Shown piece after piece: positions 36,866 to 44,695 of a stretch of DNA of 64,000 bases. The stretch's first letter is position 1. Every line of letters begins with the position of its first letter. Source of the stretch: a bacterium (lineage in GTDB: Bacteria > SAR324 > JACQKK01); the NCBI GenBank assembly GCA_965249525.1, contig OZ252237.1:1156443-1220442 (forward strand), written 5' to 3'. Under the pieces are notes generated by a model. It saw only the letters and a list, made by a program, of their open reading frames with translations, did no database searches and was not told where the DNA came from. The position numbers were made by a program, and so were the translations under genes.

Positions 36866-38260
36866 ATGGCAGCACAGGATTTAACCAAGGGCTCTATTGG
36901 TAAATGGGTGTTGCGTTTGGCTTGGCCTACCTTGGTGGCTTTTTTACTGCAGAATTTGTATACGCTGGCAGATTTGTTTTTTCTGGGCAAGTTAGGGGCC
37001 AAGGTACTGGCAGCATTTGCCATATCCTTTAACTCATTTTTCTTGGTGCTGGCACTGGCATCTATTTTTGGGGTGGGTTCATTGGCACAGATGGCGCAGC
37101 ATTATGGTGCTGGCAATATCAAAGCGGTAAAGCAGGTGTTTCCGCAGACGGTGTTATTGGTGGTGGTGGTGGGAGGGATATGCTGGCTGCTGGCGGCTTT
37201 GGCAGCGCCTTGGTATTTTGATTTTTTTACTGATGACGCTGCGGTAGTAGCCTTGGGGGTGCCATTTTATCGGATTTATAGTTCTGCCTTATTGCTGCAG
37301 GTGCTGTTGTTTTCCCTGGGGCATTGTTGGCGTGCTGTGGGGGATTTTCGCACGCCCATGCGGCTGATGAGTTTCAGTGTGTGCTTAAATTTGCTGTTGG
37401 ATCCGCTGCTGATTTTTGGCTGGGGACCTGTGAGAGGGCTGGGGATGAATGGGGCCGCTTGGGCTACCTTGATTTCACAAGGGGCAGCCAATGCCATCTA
37501 TTTGTGGTTGAGCATACGCCATGATGATTCAGCTGCTGGTGATGACATGCACCCCTTGGGACTGCAGCTGCCCTTGTATCCTGACTGGGCGCAGATGGCA
37601 AATACGCTGCGCATAGGATTTCCTGCGGGGGTGCAGTATTTGTTTGTGGCACTGGGGATGATGGCTACTTATGCTTGGCTGCGTCCCTTGGGGTCGCTGG
37701 CCATAGCTGCGGCGGGGGTGGGTTTTCGTTTATTTGAGACCGGCATTTTACCGATTGTATCGGTGGGCATTGGCGTAGCTAGTTTGGTGGGGCAGAATCG
37801 CGGGGCGGGAGAGATATTGCGGGCGCGGGCAGCTTTTTGGTGGGGACTGCGTTACAGCTTGCTGATGGCATTATTTGGTTGTGTGTTAGCTTGGAGTGCT
37901 CCTTATTTCTGGCTGGGCTTGTTCACAGACAACCCACAGCTGCTGCCCTTGGGGGTGGCTTACCTGAATATTCATGTACTGGCACTGCCTGTTTTTGCTT
38001 GGGTCTTTAGTGTTAATGCTGTATCCATAGGGCTGGGTCGCACCGACCTCTCCCTAGCCAGCGAACTCATGCGCATTGTGATACTATTGAGTTGGTTAAT
38101 CGGCAGCTGGATGCTGTTAGGCAGCAACCTGCTAGCTATCTTTTGGACCAACAATATCGCTGGCTTTTTCCAGGCTTTGTTTGTTTGCTGGGTGCTTTAC
38201 TACTTGTGGAAGGGCCCCTTAAAGCTGCCTGCCAACCCCCTCCCCACCTCATCCCTCTAG
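36866..38260 (+). CDS. MATE family efflux transporter
   Basis: The internal ATG gives MAAQDLTKGSIGKWVLRLAWPTLVAFLLQNLYTLADLFFLGKLG, a typical MATE N-terminus. About 12 TM segments. Confidence 0.85.
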   Translation: MAAQDLTKGSIGKWVLRLAWPTLVAFLLQNLYTLADLFFLGKLGAKVLAAFAISFNSFFLVLALASIFGVGSLAQMAQHYGAGNIKAVKQVFPQTVLLVVVVGGICWLLAALAAPWYFDFFTDDAAVVALGVPFYRIYSSALLLQVLLFSLGHCWRAVGDFRTPMRLMSFSVCLNLLLDPLLIFGWGPVRGLGMNGAAWATLISQGAANAIYLWLSIRHDDSAAGDDMHPLGLQLPLYPDWAQMANTLRIGFPAGVQYLFVALGMMATYAWLRPLGSLAIAAAGVGFRLFETGILPIVSVGIGVASLVGQNRGAGEILRARAAFWWGLRYSLLMALFGCVLAWSAPYFWLGLFTDNPQLLPLGVAYLNIHVLALPVFAWVFSVNAVSIGLGRTDLSLASELMRIVILLSWLIGSWMLLGSNLLAIFWTNNIAGFFQALFVCWVLYYLWKGPLKLPANPLPTSSL

Positions 38261-38276
38261 ATAACAGGAGCTGCTG

Positions 38277-38465
38277 ATGGACACATTCACAGACATTCAA
38301 TTAAGTAGACAATTGGTAATTACAGTATTCTTGGGCTTGGTGGCACTGGCTCTCTTTGGCTTCTTTATGGTGCTGGCTTGGCAAGAAACCCTGCGCGATT
38401 GGCGCAGATGGCGCAGCAAGGATAAAAATTCCAAGCGCAAGCGTCCTCCTCCTGCCTTGTCTTGA
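38277..38465 (+). CDS. Small membrane protein (one TM helix + basic tail)
   Basis: 62 aa. AGGAG 6 nt upstream; TM LVITVFLGLVALALFGFFMVLAW; TGATG overlap with the next gene. Confidence 0.55.
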   Translation: MDTFTDIQLSRQLVITVFLGLVALALFGFFMVLAWQETLRDWRRWRSKDKNSKRKRPPPALS

Positions 38466-39079
38466 TGCCCTCCCCAGATCCGCAGGACGCCAAACAACTG
38501 CTTCGCCGCAAAATCCTGGCGAAAAGACGCTCCCTCTCGCCCCAAGCACTTCAACAAGCCAGCCTGGCCATCGCCCACAGACTCTTTCAGCTGCCAGCTT
38601 GGAAACAGGCCTGCGGCATCCACTGCTTCCTCAGCCTCCCCCATGAACCCAGCACCCTGCCCATCTGGCAGGCAGCCAGCCCTGAAAAAACCTGCTTTGC
38701 CCCGGTGCAGCTGCCCCAGCATCAGCTGGGCGCAGCCCCCTGGAACCCCCGCCAACCCCTGGTTCAAGCAGCATTTGGCGTATTAGAACCTCCCCCCCCG
38801 CCCCAAGGACACCAGCCCCTCTCTCCCTCTCAAGCAGCAGCCATTGACATAGTGATTGTCCCCGGCATCGCCTTTGACCAACAACGCCAGCGCCTAGGCT
38901 ACGGCAAAGGCTTTTATGACCGCTTCATCACCCAGCTGAAAGCCCTGAAAAAATCCCCCCCAACCCTGATCGGCTTAGCCTTGGAACTGCAATGCCTGCC
39001 CACGCTTCCCAGCGAACCCCACGATATCCCCCTGGACATCATCCTCACGCCCTCTTTCTCCATACCCCCAGGCTGCTGA
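38465..39079 (+). CDS. 5-formyltetrahydrofolate cyclo-ligase
   Basis: RRKILAKRRSLSPQ...VIVPGIAFDQQRQRLGYGKGFYDRF. ATG at 38465; the track starts one codon earlier at TTG. Confidence 0.85.
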   Translation: MPSPDPQDAKQLLRRKILAKRRSLSPQALQQASLAIAHRLFQLPAWKQACGIHCFLSLPHEPSTLPIWQAASPEKTCFAPVQLPQHQLGAAPWNPRQPLVQAAFGVLEPPPPPQGHQPLSPSQAAAIDIVIVPGIAFDQQRQRLGYGKGFYDRFITQLKALKKSPPTLIGLALELQCLPTLPSEPHDIPLDIILTPSFSIPPGC

Positions 39080-39179
39080 TGAACACCCGCCGCCAAGCAT
39101 GGGGGCAGCTGCTGGGGCGCATACACCCCCCAGGCTGCGCAAAAGACGGGCTGTTTTTTTGGCATGCAGGCATGCATCA

Positions 39180-39227
39180 GCCAAGAAAAGAGCCAATAAA
39201 AGAGCTAAGAAAAGAGCCAAGAAAAGA
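39180..39227. repeat. 12-bp tandem repeat x4 (GCCAAGAAAAGA)
   Basis: Direct reading. Confidence 0.85.
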
Positions 39228-39352
39228 GCATAGTGTTTCGGGTGCAGCTTTAAGGGTTGCATCTCCATCCATAGAATGCGATACCATAAGCATGATCATT
39301 CCTTAGTGGAATTGTATTTGGATAGTCTATCTCAGTAACCATAACCCGCCCC

Positions 39353-39748
39353 ATGCCCCAGACTGCCAAGTTCAAAAGCAGCGGTATGCAGCACCTGATG
39401 ACCCTAGCAAAGCTGTTGCTCATCAGCGGAGCGGTGGTATTGCAGCTTGCCTGGGTACAGCTTGCCTGGGTACAACCTGCCTGGGCACAGCCTGCCTTTG
39501 CAGATGGCGCTAAGTTGTATATTTCCAAAGGATGTGCTGCCTGTCATGGACAGCAAGGACGCCAGCCCATTGCTGCTAACTATCCCAAGTTGGCGGGACA
39601 AAACGCTGTGTATACCGCAGCCCAGCTCAAAGCTTATAAAGATCGTTCCCGCACCAGTGCTTTGGCGGGAGTGATGTGGCTCTCAGCTGCCAGCCTGAAC
39701 GATGACCAAATACGCCAAATTGCTGACTATTTGCAGTCATTGAAGTAA
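39353..39748 (+). CDS. Monoheme class I cytochrome c (cytochrome c4-half-like)
   Basis: Signal peptide, CAACHG heme site, YPKLAGQNAVYTAAQLKAYK, distal Met (GVMW), and ...DDQIRQIADYLQSL. Confidence 0.8.
   Translation: MPQTAKFKSSGMQHLMTLAKLLLISGAVVLQLAWVQLAWVQPAWAQPAFADGAKLYISKGCAACHGQQGRQPIAANYPKLAGQNAVYTAAQLKAYKDRSRTSALAGVMWLSAASLNDDQIRQIADYLQSLK
39443..39502. repeat. 15-bp tandem repeat x4 (CAGCTTGCCTGGGTA) in the cytochrome c signal peptide
   Basis: Direct reading. In frame (QLAWV QLAWV QPAWA QPAFA). Confidence 0.85.
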
Positions 39749-39760
39749 GCTGGTGTCTTT

Positions 39761-39796
39761 CTCTTCCCTCTCTTCCCCCTCTTCCCCCTCTTCCCC
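39761..39796. repeat. 9-bp tandem repeat x4 (CTCTTCCCC)
   Basis: Direct reading. Lies between the two cytochrome genes. Confidence 0.8.
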
Positions 39797-39804
39797 GCCT
39801 GACG

Positions 39805-40185
39805 ATGCCAGCTTTTGCTTCTTTGCCCCGTCTGTTTGCAGCCCCGAGCGCTTCCCCTAGCCGACGATGCTGCTGGCTGCTGCTGCTCATGCTGGGCTGC
39901 TGGCTGGGCGTTGCCAAGCAGGTGCAGGCACAGCCTGCGGGAGCTAGTGCCTATCAGCGCCAGGCTTGTGCTGCCTGCCACGGAGAGAGGGGACAGCAGC
40001 CCATCGGCAACGGCGTACCCAAATTGGCAGGACAAAACGCTGCCTACCTCAGCGAACAGCTGCTGGCTTTCCGCAACCTCACACGCAACAGTGCAGCCTC
40101 ACAAGCCATGTGGACGCACGCCCGTCGCCTCAGCAATACCGAAATACAACAAATCGCCTCCTGGTTATCTGCACAAAAACCTTAG
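39805..40185 (+). CDS. Monoheme class I cytochrome c (cytochrome c4-half-like), paralogue of 39353..39748
   Basis: CAACHG, VPKLAGQNAAYLSEQLLAFR, AMW, NTEIQQIASWLS. Confidence 0.8.
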   Translation: MPAFASLPRLFAAPSASPSRRCCWLLLLMLGCWLGVAKQVQAQPAGASAYQRQACAACHGERGQQPIGNGVPKLAGQNAAYLSEQLLAFRNLTRNSAASQAMWTHARRLSNTEIQQIASWLSAQKP

Positions 40186-40206
40186 CCCTAGCCGCATCAC
40201 CCCAGC

Positions 40207-40635
40207 ATGTCCGCCTCTTTCCAGCTGGATTTTCAGGTCCGCGACTATGAATTGGACCAATTCGGTGTGGTCAACAATGCGGTCTATCTCAATTACCTAG
40301 AACACACCCGTCATGTCTTCTTGCTGAAAATCGGCATGGATACTGCCCAAATCGCCAGCAATAACCAATCCCTGGCACTCTCAGAAATCCACTTGCAGTT
40401 CCACCAATCCCTGCGTGCGCATCAAACTTTCAGCGTCCATCTCCAAATCAGCAAACTGCGCCGCACCAGCCTGGTTATCAGCCAACAAATCACACGCCCT
40501 GCTGCCACCCCCAGCCAGCCGCCTGAACCCATCCTCAGCGCAGCAGCCACCGCCGTCTTCTTAAACCAACAAGCAAAGCCCACCCGTCTCACCCATGAAC
40601 TCCAACAGCGTCTGCAGCCTTATATCTCCTCATAG
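40207..40635 (+). CDS. Acyl-CoA thioesterase (4HBT/YbgC-like hotdog fold)
   Basis: FQVRDYELDQFGVVNNAVYLNYLEHTRHVFL, a typical 4HBT N-terminus. Confidence 0.7.
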   Translation: MSASFQLDFQVRDYELDQFGVVNNAVYLNYLEHTRHVFLLKIGMDTAQIASNNQSLALSEIHLQFHQSLRAHQTFSVHLQISKLRRTSLVISQQITRPAATPSQPPEPILSAAATAVFLNQQAKPTRLTHELQQRLQPYISS

Positions 40636-40880
40636 TCTACGGCAGCTGTACGGGTCTGCTTAGACTCACAAGCCTCCAACCTGGCAGCCAACAACCCTTT
40701 TATTAAAAAAAACAGGCTGCTGTTTTGATGGATAACTTTTGTGCTATACTGCAAGCAGCAGCAGTTTTTACAAACCCTCACAGCCATTATGAAACCGAAT
40801 CGCCCCTTTTGCTGCTAGGATTTTGTTGCTGGAAACAAATCCCCGCTTCTCTTATTCCCTTATCTTTATATGGAGCAACC

Positions 40881-41366
40881 ATGTACCAACACACCCCTCC
40901 CCTGTTCATGCGCCCGTGGATGCTGGCATTGGCCCTAACTGCCGCCATGGGGCTGCAAGCCTCAGTGTTTTCCTCGCCTGCCTGGGCCTTGGAACCCACA
41001 TTCCAAGCCAATGGCTTGGCTATTAGCGGCTATGACCCCGTGGCCTACTTCACTGAGAAACGCCCCGTCCCTGGCAAGGCAGAATTTGAAACCCAATGGA
41101 AGGGTGCCACCTGGCGCTTTGCCTCTAAGGAAAACCGTCAACGTTTCTTGAAGAACCCCAAAAGTTACGCCCCTCAATACGGGGGTTATTGCGCTTATGC
41201 CGTTTCCAAAAACTCCACCGCTTCTACCGACCCCCAGGCCTGGACAGTGGACAACAACAAGCTGTACCTCAACTACAACGTTCTGGTGAGAACCATTTGG
41301 CAACGCAAGCAAGCAGAAAACATCAAAAAAGGCAATATATTCTGGCCCCAACTGCTGAAGCAGTAG
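40881..41366 (+). CDS. Secreted YHS-domain protein
   Basis: TGGAG-N5-ATG 40881, then a signal peptide. GYDPVAYFTEKRPVPG...WKGATWRFASKENRQRFLKNPKSYAPQYGGYCAY. Confidence 0.7.
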   Translation: MYQHTPPLFMRPWMLALALTAAMGLQASVFSSPAWALEPTFQANGLAISGYDPVAYFTEKRPVPGKAEFETQWKGATWRFASKENRQRFLKNPKSYAPQYGGYCAYAVSKNSTASTDPQAWTVDNNKLYLNYNVLVRTIWQRKQAENIKKGNIFWPQLLKQ

Positions 41367-41388
41367 TGAACCAGAACAGCAGGCAAAG

Positions 41389-42003
41389 CTATTTGCTAGG
41401 CTGGTAGTAGGGGTTGTCGCCTTGGTCGTGGTTTGTAACGTCCACCAGCGCAGTCATATCAGGGAAGACCTCGCGCATGCGTTTTTCTACACCTTGGCGC
41501 AGGGTGACATCCACCATCCCGCAGCCTTGGCAGCCGCCGCCCAGTTCTACATAGACCTTGTTGTCTTTCACATCCACCAATGAAAAGTGGCCTCCGTGGG
41601 ATGCCACAGCAGGATTGATTTCTATATCCAGCAGATTCTGCATGACTTCTTTTTGTATTTCCACCGCATCATCCTTGCTGCAAGAGAGCTTGATATCGTA
41701 GGAAGAGTCTTTAAGGAGGGTTTTCAGGGACTCATGTCCTTCTTCCACGAAGTAATAGTCGCTGAAGCCGTTATCGCAGAGAATGTCTGATGCTTGTTTG
41801 GCGATGCCTTCACCGCCGTCATAAAAGAGGATTTCACCGCTGAAGGGCAAACGATGCAGGTTGGATTCAAAGTGCTGAAATGGAAGGTTGTGAGCCCCTG
41901 CCAGGTGCTCGGTCTCATATTCCTCGGCAGAACGCAGGTCAAACACATAGGCGGGTTGTGCTTCTTTGCGTTTTTTGGCAAATTCTTCAATAGAAAGTTT
42001 CAT
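41389..42003 (-). CDS. Rhodanese-homology domain fused to an Nfu/NifU C-terminal-type Fe-S scaffold domain
   Basis: YVFDLRSAEEYETEHLAGAHNLP...ILFYDGGEGIA is a rhodanese fold with Asp in place of the catalytic Cys. The C-terminal HGGHFSLVDV...VELGGGCQGCGMVDVTL is Nfu-like. Confidence 0.7.
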   Translation of the reverse strand: MKLSIEEFAKKRKEAQPAYVFDLRSAEEYETEHLAGAHNLPFQHFESNLHRLPFSGEILFYDGGEGIAKQASDILCDNGFSDYYFVEEGHESLKTLLKDSSYDIKLSCSKDDAVEIQKEVMQNLLDIEINPAVASHGGHFSLVDVKDNKVYVELGGGCQGCGMVDVTLRQGVEKRMREVFPDMTALVDVTNHDQGDNPYYQPSK

Positions 42004-42105
42004 AGTTTCACCAGGGGGATGAGAGGGGAGCAAAATCTACCTTACCAGAATATCCTAGCTGATTTGACAACTATCTGCAAAGGCAATCGTCATGAGAAAT
42101 AATGG

Positions 42106-44604
42106 TTGATTGCAAACAGCAGTCTGGCTAACGATGGGAGACGGGGTGTGTACGCTGAGAAGCAACGGATTTTTTTGATAGCAAGCTTGAAAAAACAGTG
42201 GAGAGCTGAGTATGCAAGCACCGCTGCTTGGGTGCTGCTGTTGGCGGGTTGTTGTATCTGGTGGCGGATTTTTGTTGACAGACTTCCTGCGGGGTGGGTT
42301 TGGGGTCTAGAAAAGGACCTCATAGAGTCTTTATTTAGTTGGAATTATTTTGGTCGCTGGATAGACTGGCTGCCGTTTCCACAGCTGCTGCCTGGTGGGG
42401 ATGTGCACAGCTATCCTTACCAGGGGGGAGTGCTGGTGCAGCCTTGGGTACTTGAGCTGTATGTGTTCATGTCTCTGGGACAGCAATGGCAGGTGGGTGG
42501 CGGTTGGCTGGTGTACTATGCGGTGTTCAGCGTGTTGGCGGGCTGTTTGGGAAGTTTTTGGCTGCTGCGGGGGGTGTATGGAGAACAGCGCGCTGGTTGG
42601 TTTGCTTTACTGGTTACGGTTTTCAATTTTTATATTGGCTTCAAGCAGAATGTCCATTTGAATATTAGTTTTTACCACTGGCTGCTGTTGGGGGTGGTGG
42701 TGGATTTTCTGTTGTTTCGACAGCTGGTAAGAGAAAGACGGCTGCATTTGCCCTTGGTGATGCTGCGGGGGCTGCTGCTGCTGCTGGGTCTGGGACATGA
42801 CTTGAGCTATATAGCAGCAATGAATGTTACTTCGTTGGTGCTGGTGCTGATATTTGGACTGGGCTGGGTGTGGCGTCAACAATGGCTGGCAGCGGGCAGT
42901 TGGTGGCAGTTGGCGGGGCGAGCCTGGCGGGACGCCTGGAGGCAGTGGCGGGAGATGCCCTGGCGGCATGGTCTCTTGTTGGCGGGCATGCTGCTGGTGG
43001 GTTGGTTGTATGTGCCCTTGGTGCTGCAGTTGCTGCAGGCTATTCCGTCCTCGGATCTGGAAACTGATCATTATCGTATTTTCTGGTTTGCCAACCCGCT
43101 GCGGATACTGCTGCCATATCTGCAGGGGAGTTTCTCTTTGGAATTGCTTGATCTCAGGGAGCATCCCTTCAGTGGCACTGCTGGCTGGAGCTTGTTGTCG
43201 CTGGGGGTGCTGGGGTGGCTGGCAGCCATAAGAAGCCGCAGGCATGCTGGGGTATCTGCACCTGCACCACAAGCCTCTGCCTGGGTCTGGCTGCTTCCTA
43301 GTGCGGTGTTGTTGGGACTGCTGGTATTCAATATCCCGCGGCTGCTGCCCACGCTGCAGATCTTTCCTTGGCATCATTTTTCACGGGTGGGAGGACGGGG
43401 AACCTTGCTTTATCCTGTGCTGCTGCTGCTGCCTGCCTTGGAGATCAAACGCTGGCAGGTTCCCAAGTGGTTTTGGGCTGCCTGGCTGGTGGTGGGCGGT
43501 TTGGAATTGCACACCTTCACCCGCATTCTTCCCCAACCTGCACCGGCAGCAGCCGATGGGCAGAAAGTGCTGGCGTACAGCGCTTTTGTCCAGCAGCAGC
43601 CAGGGGAGGCTATCTTTGAGTGGCCGTTTTGTCTGCGCAGACGCGGCTTTCGTGAATTATGCCCCTTTAATTTCTGGGCAGAGGACATTGGCTTCTTGCG
43701 AATGTACCATGGCAAAAAGGGTCTGGCTGGGGTTTGGAATATATGGCCTGCTGGACATCTGATGGAAGCCTTAAAGATACAGGGCTGGCCGCATCTGCTG
43801 CTGCCAGAAGCCCGTCAATGGGGAGAGTATCAAGAACCACGCCGTCAACAACGCTGCTTGCAAGAACACGAATACCGATTTCTGGAACGCCATTTGGCGC
43901 AGCACGATTTTGCTGGCATTCAAGTGCAAGAAGACTTGCTGGCACCTGGCTGTGCAGCGGGGTTTTACCGTCGTTTTGGACAGCCAACCGCACGCCTGCT
44001 GGCCAATCGCCACAAGCCCACACAGCTGAGTTTTGTGCCTCTGGATGACAGCTGGCGCCAACGGCATCAAAAGGATGCCCAGAGCGACCCTCCTCCGCTG
44101 ATTTTATTTGAAGCCCCCCTGGCAGATTTTGTAGCCTTGGAACGCCCCTACGGGCTTAGCTTCAAAGGACTGAAGCGCCGTTCAAAACGTACAGGTACAT
44201 ACCGCAGCATCGGGCGCGAACGCTACTCCTTGGGGAAAACAACCCAGCTGCGCTGGCATGCAGCACAAGCTGGTCAAGTACAACTGCATGCCGAACTGGA
44301 AAGCCTGTATCAAAACCAGCAGGTGCGCCTGATATGCAACCATACGCCGCTAGGGCAGTGGGGGCCGCTTGCCAAGGGGCAACAGCTGCGCATCCAACAG
44401 ACTTGCCCCACCTCAGCAGGTCTCAACGAATTGCACCTAGAATACACCGTACAGGGAGGAAACAATCTGTGGATAGCTGTCCAGAAGCAGCTGTTTGAGG
44501 AGGGTTTAAGCGGCTTGTCACAAAGCAAATTGCAGCAGGCGCATCAACGTTATCTGGCATCAGCCGTGCGCTTCACCAGACTGCAATTAAAAAACCTCCC
44601 CTAG
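42106..44604 (+). CDS. Large polytopic membrane protein (N-terminal ~480 aa multi-TM, C-terminal ~350 aa soluble), unknown function; copy 1
   Basis: 832-aa track ORF starting at TTG (alternative GTG at 42141; no early ATG). Trp/Leu-rich TM region with no motif I can name. Confidence 0.65.
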   Translation: MIANSSLANDGRRGVYAEKQRIFLIASLKKQWRAEYASTAAWVLLLAGCCIWWRIFVDRLPAGWVWGLEKDLIESLFSWNYFGRWIDWLPFPQLLPGGDVHSYPYQGGVLVQPWVLELYVFMSLGQQWQVGGGWLVYYAVFSVLAGCLGSFWLLRGVYGEQRAGWFALLVTVFNFYIGFKQNVHLNISFYHWLLLGVVVDFLLFRQLVRERRLHLPLVMLRGLLLLLGLGHDLSYIAAMNVTSLVLVLIFGLGWVWRQQWLAAGSWWQLAGRAWRDAWRQWREMPWRHGLLLAGMLLVGWLYVPLVLQLLQAIPSSDLETDHYRIFWFANPLRILLPYLQGSFSLELLDLREHPFSGTAGWSLLSLGVLGWLAAIRSRRHAGVSAPAPQASAWVWLLPSAVLLGLLVFNIPRLLPTLQIFPWHHFSRVGGRGTLLYPVLLLLPALEIKRWQVPKWFWAAWLVVGGLELHTFTRILPQPAPAAADGQKVLAYSAFVQQQPGEAIFEWPFCLRRRGFRELCPFNFWAEDIGFLRMYHGKKGLAGVWNIWPAGHLMEALKIQGWPHLLLPEARQWGEYQEPRRQQRCLQEHEYRFLERHLAQHDFAGIQVQEDLLAPGCAAGFYRRFGQPTARLLANRHKPTQLSFVPLDDSWRQRHQKDAQSDPPPLILFEAPLADFVALERPYGLSFKGLKRRSKRTGTYRSIGRERYSLGKTTQLRWHAAQAGQVQLHAELESLYQNQQVRLICNHTPLGQWGPLAKGQQLRIQQTCPTSAGLNELHLEYTVQGGNNLWIAVQKQLFEEGLSGLSQSKLQQAHQRYLASAVRFTRLQLKNLP

Positions 44605-44695
44605 CACCAGCAGTCTCTGGCTAGGCGCACCCAAACAGTTTGTCCCCTGGCTGATGCTCATGACGGGAATGTCTCCGCTAGTCACAAAATAATGC

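Noticed and set aside
38277-38465. 6S RNA (ssrS) upstream of the 5-FTHF cyclo-ligase gene, as in the E. coli ssrS-ygfA synteny
   Set aside because: The interval has a strong AGGAG-N6-ATG, a clean TM helix with a basic tail, and a TGATG overlap with the downstream gene. Its ends form only a 6-bp complementarity, not the long closing stem of 6S RNA.
42607-43377. 256-aa minus-strand ORF (and its twins at 45197..45559 and 45620..45979)
   Set aside because: It is antisense to the duplicated membrane-protein genes and Gln/Pro-rich, generated by the CTG/CAG-rich codon usage of the sense strand.
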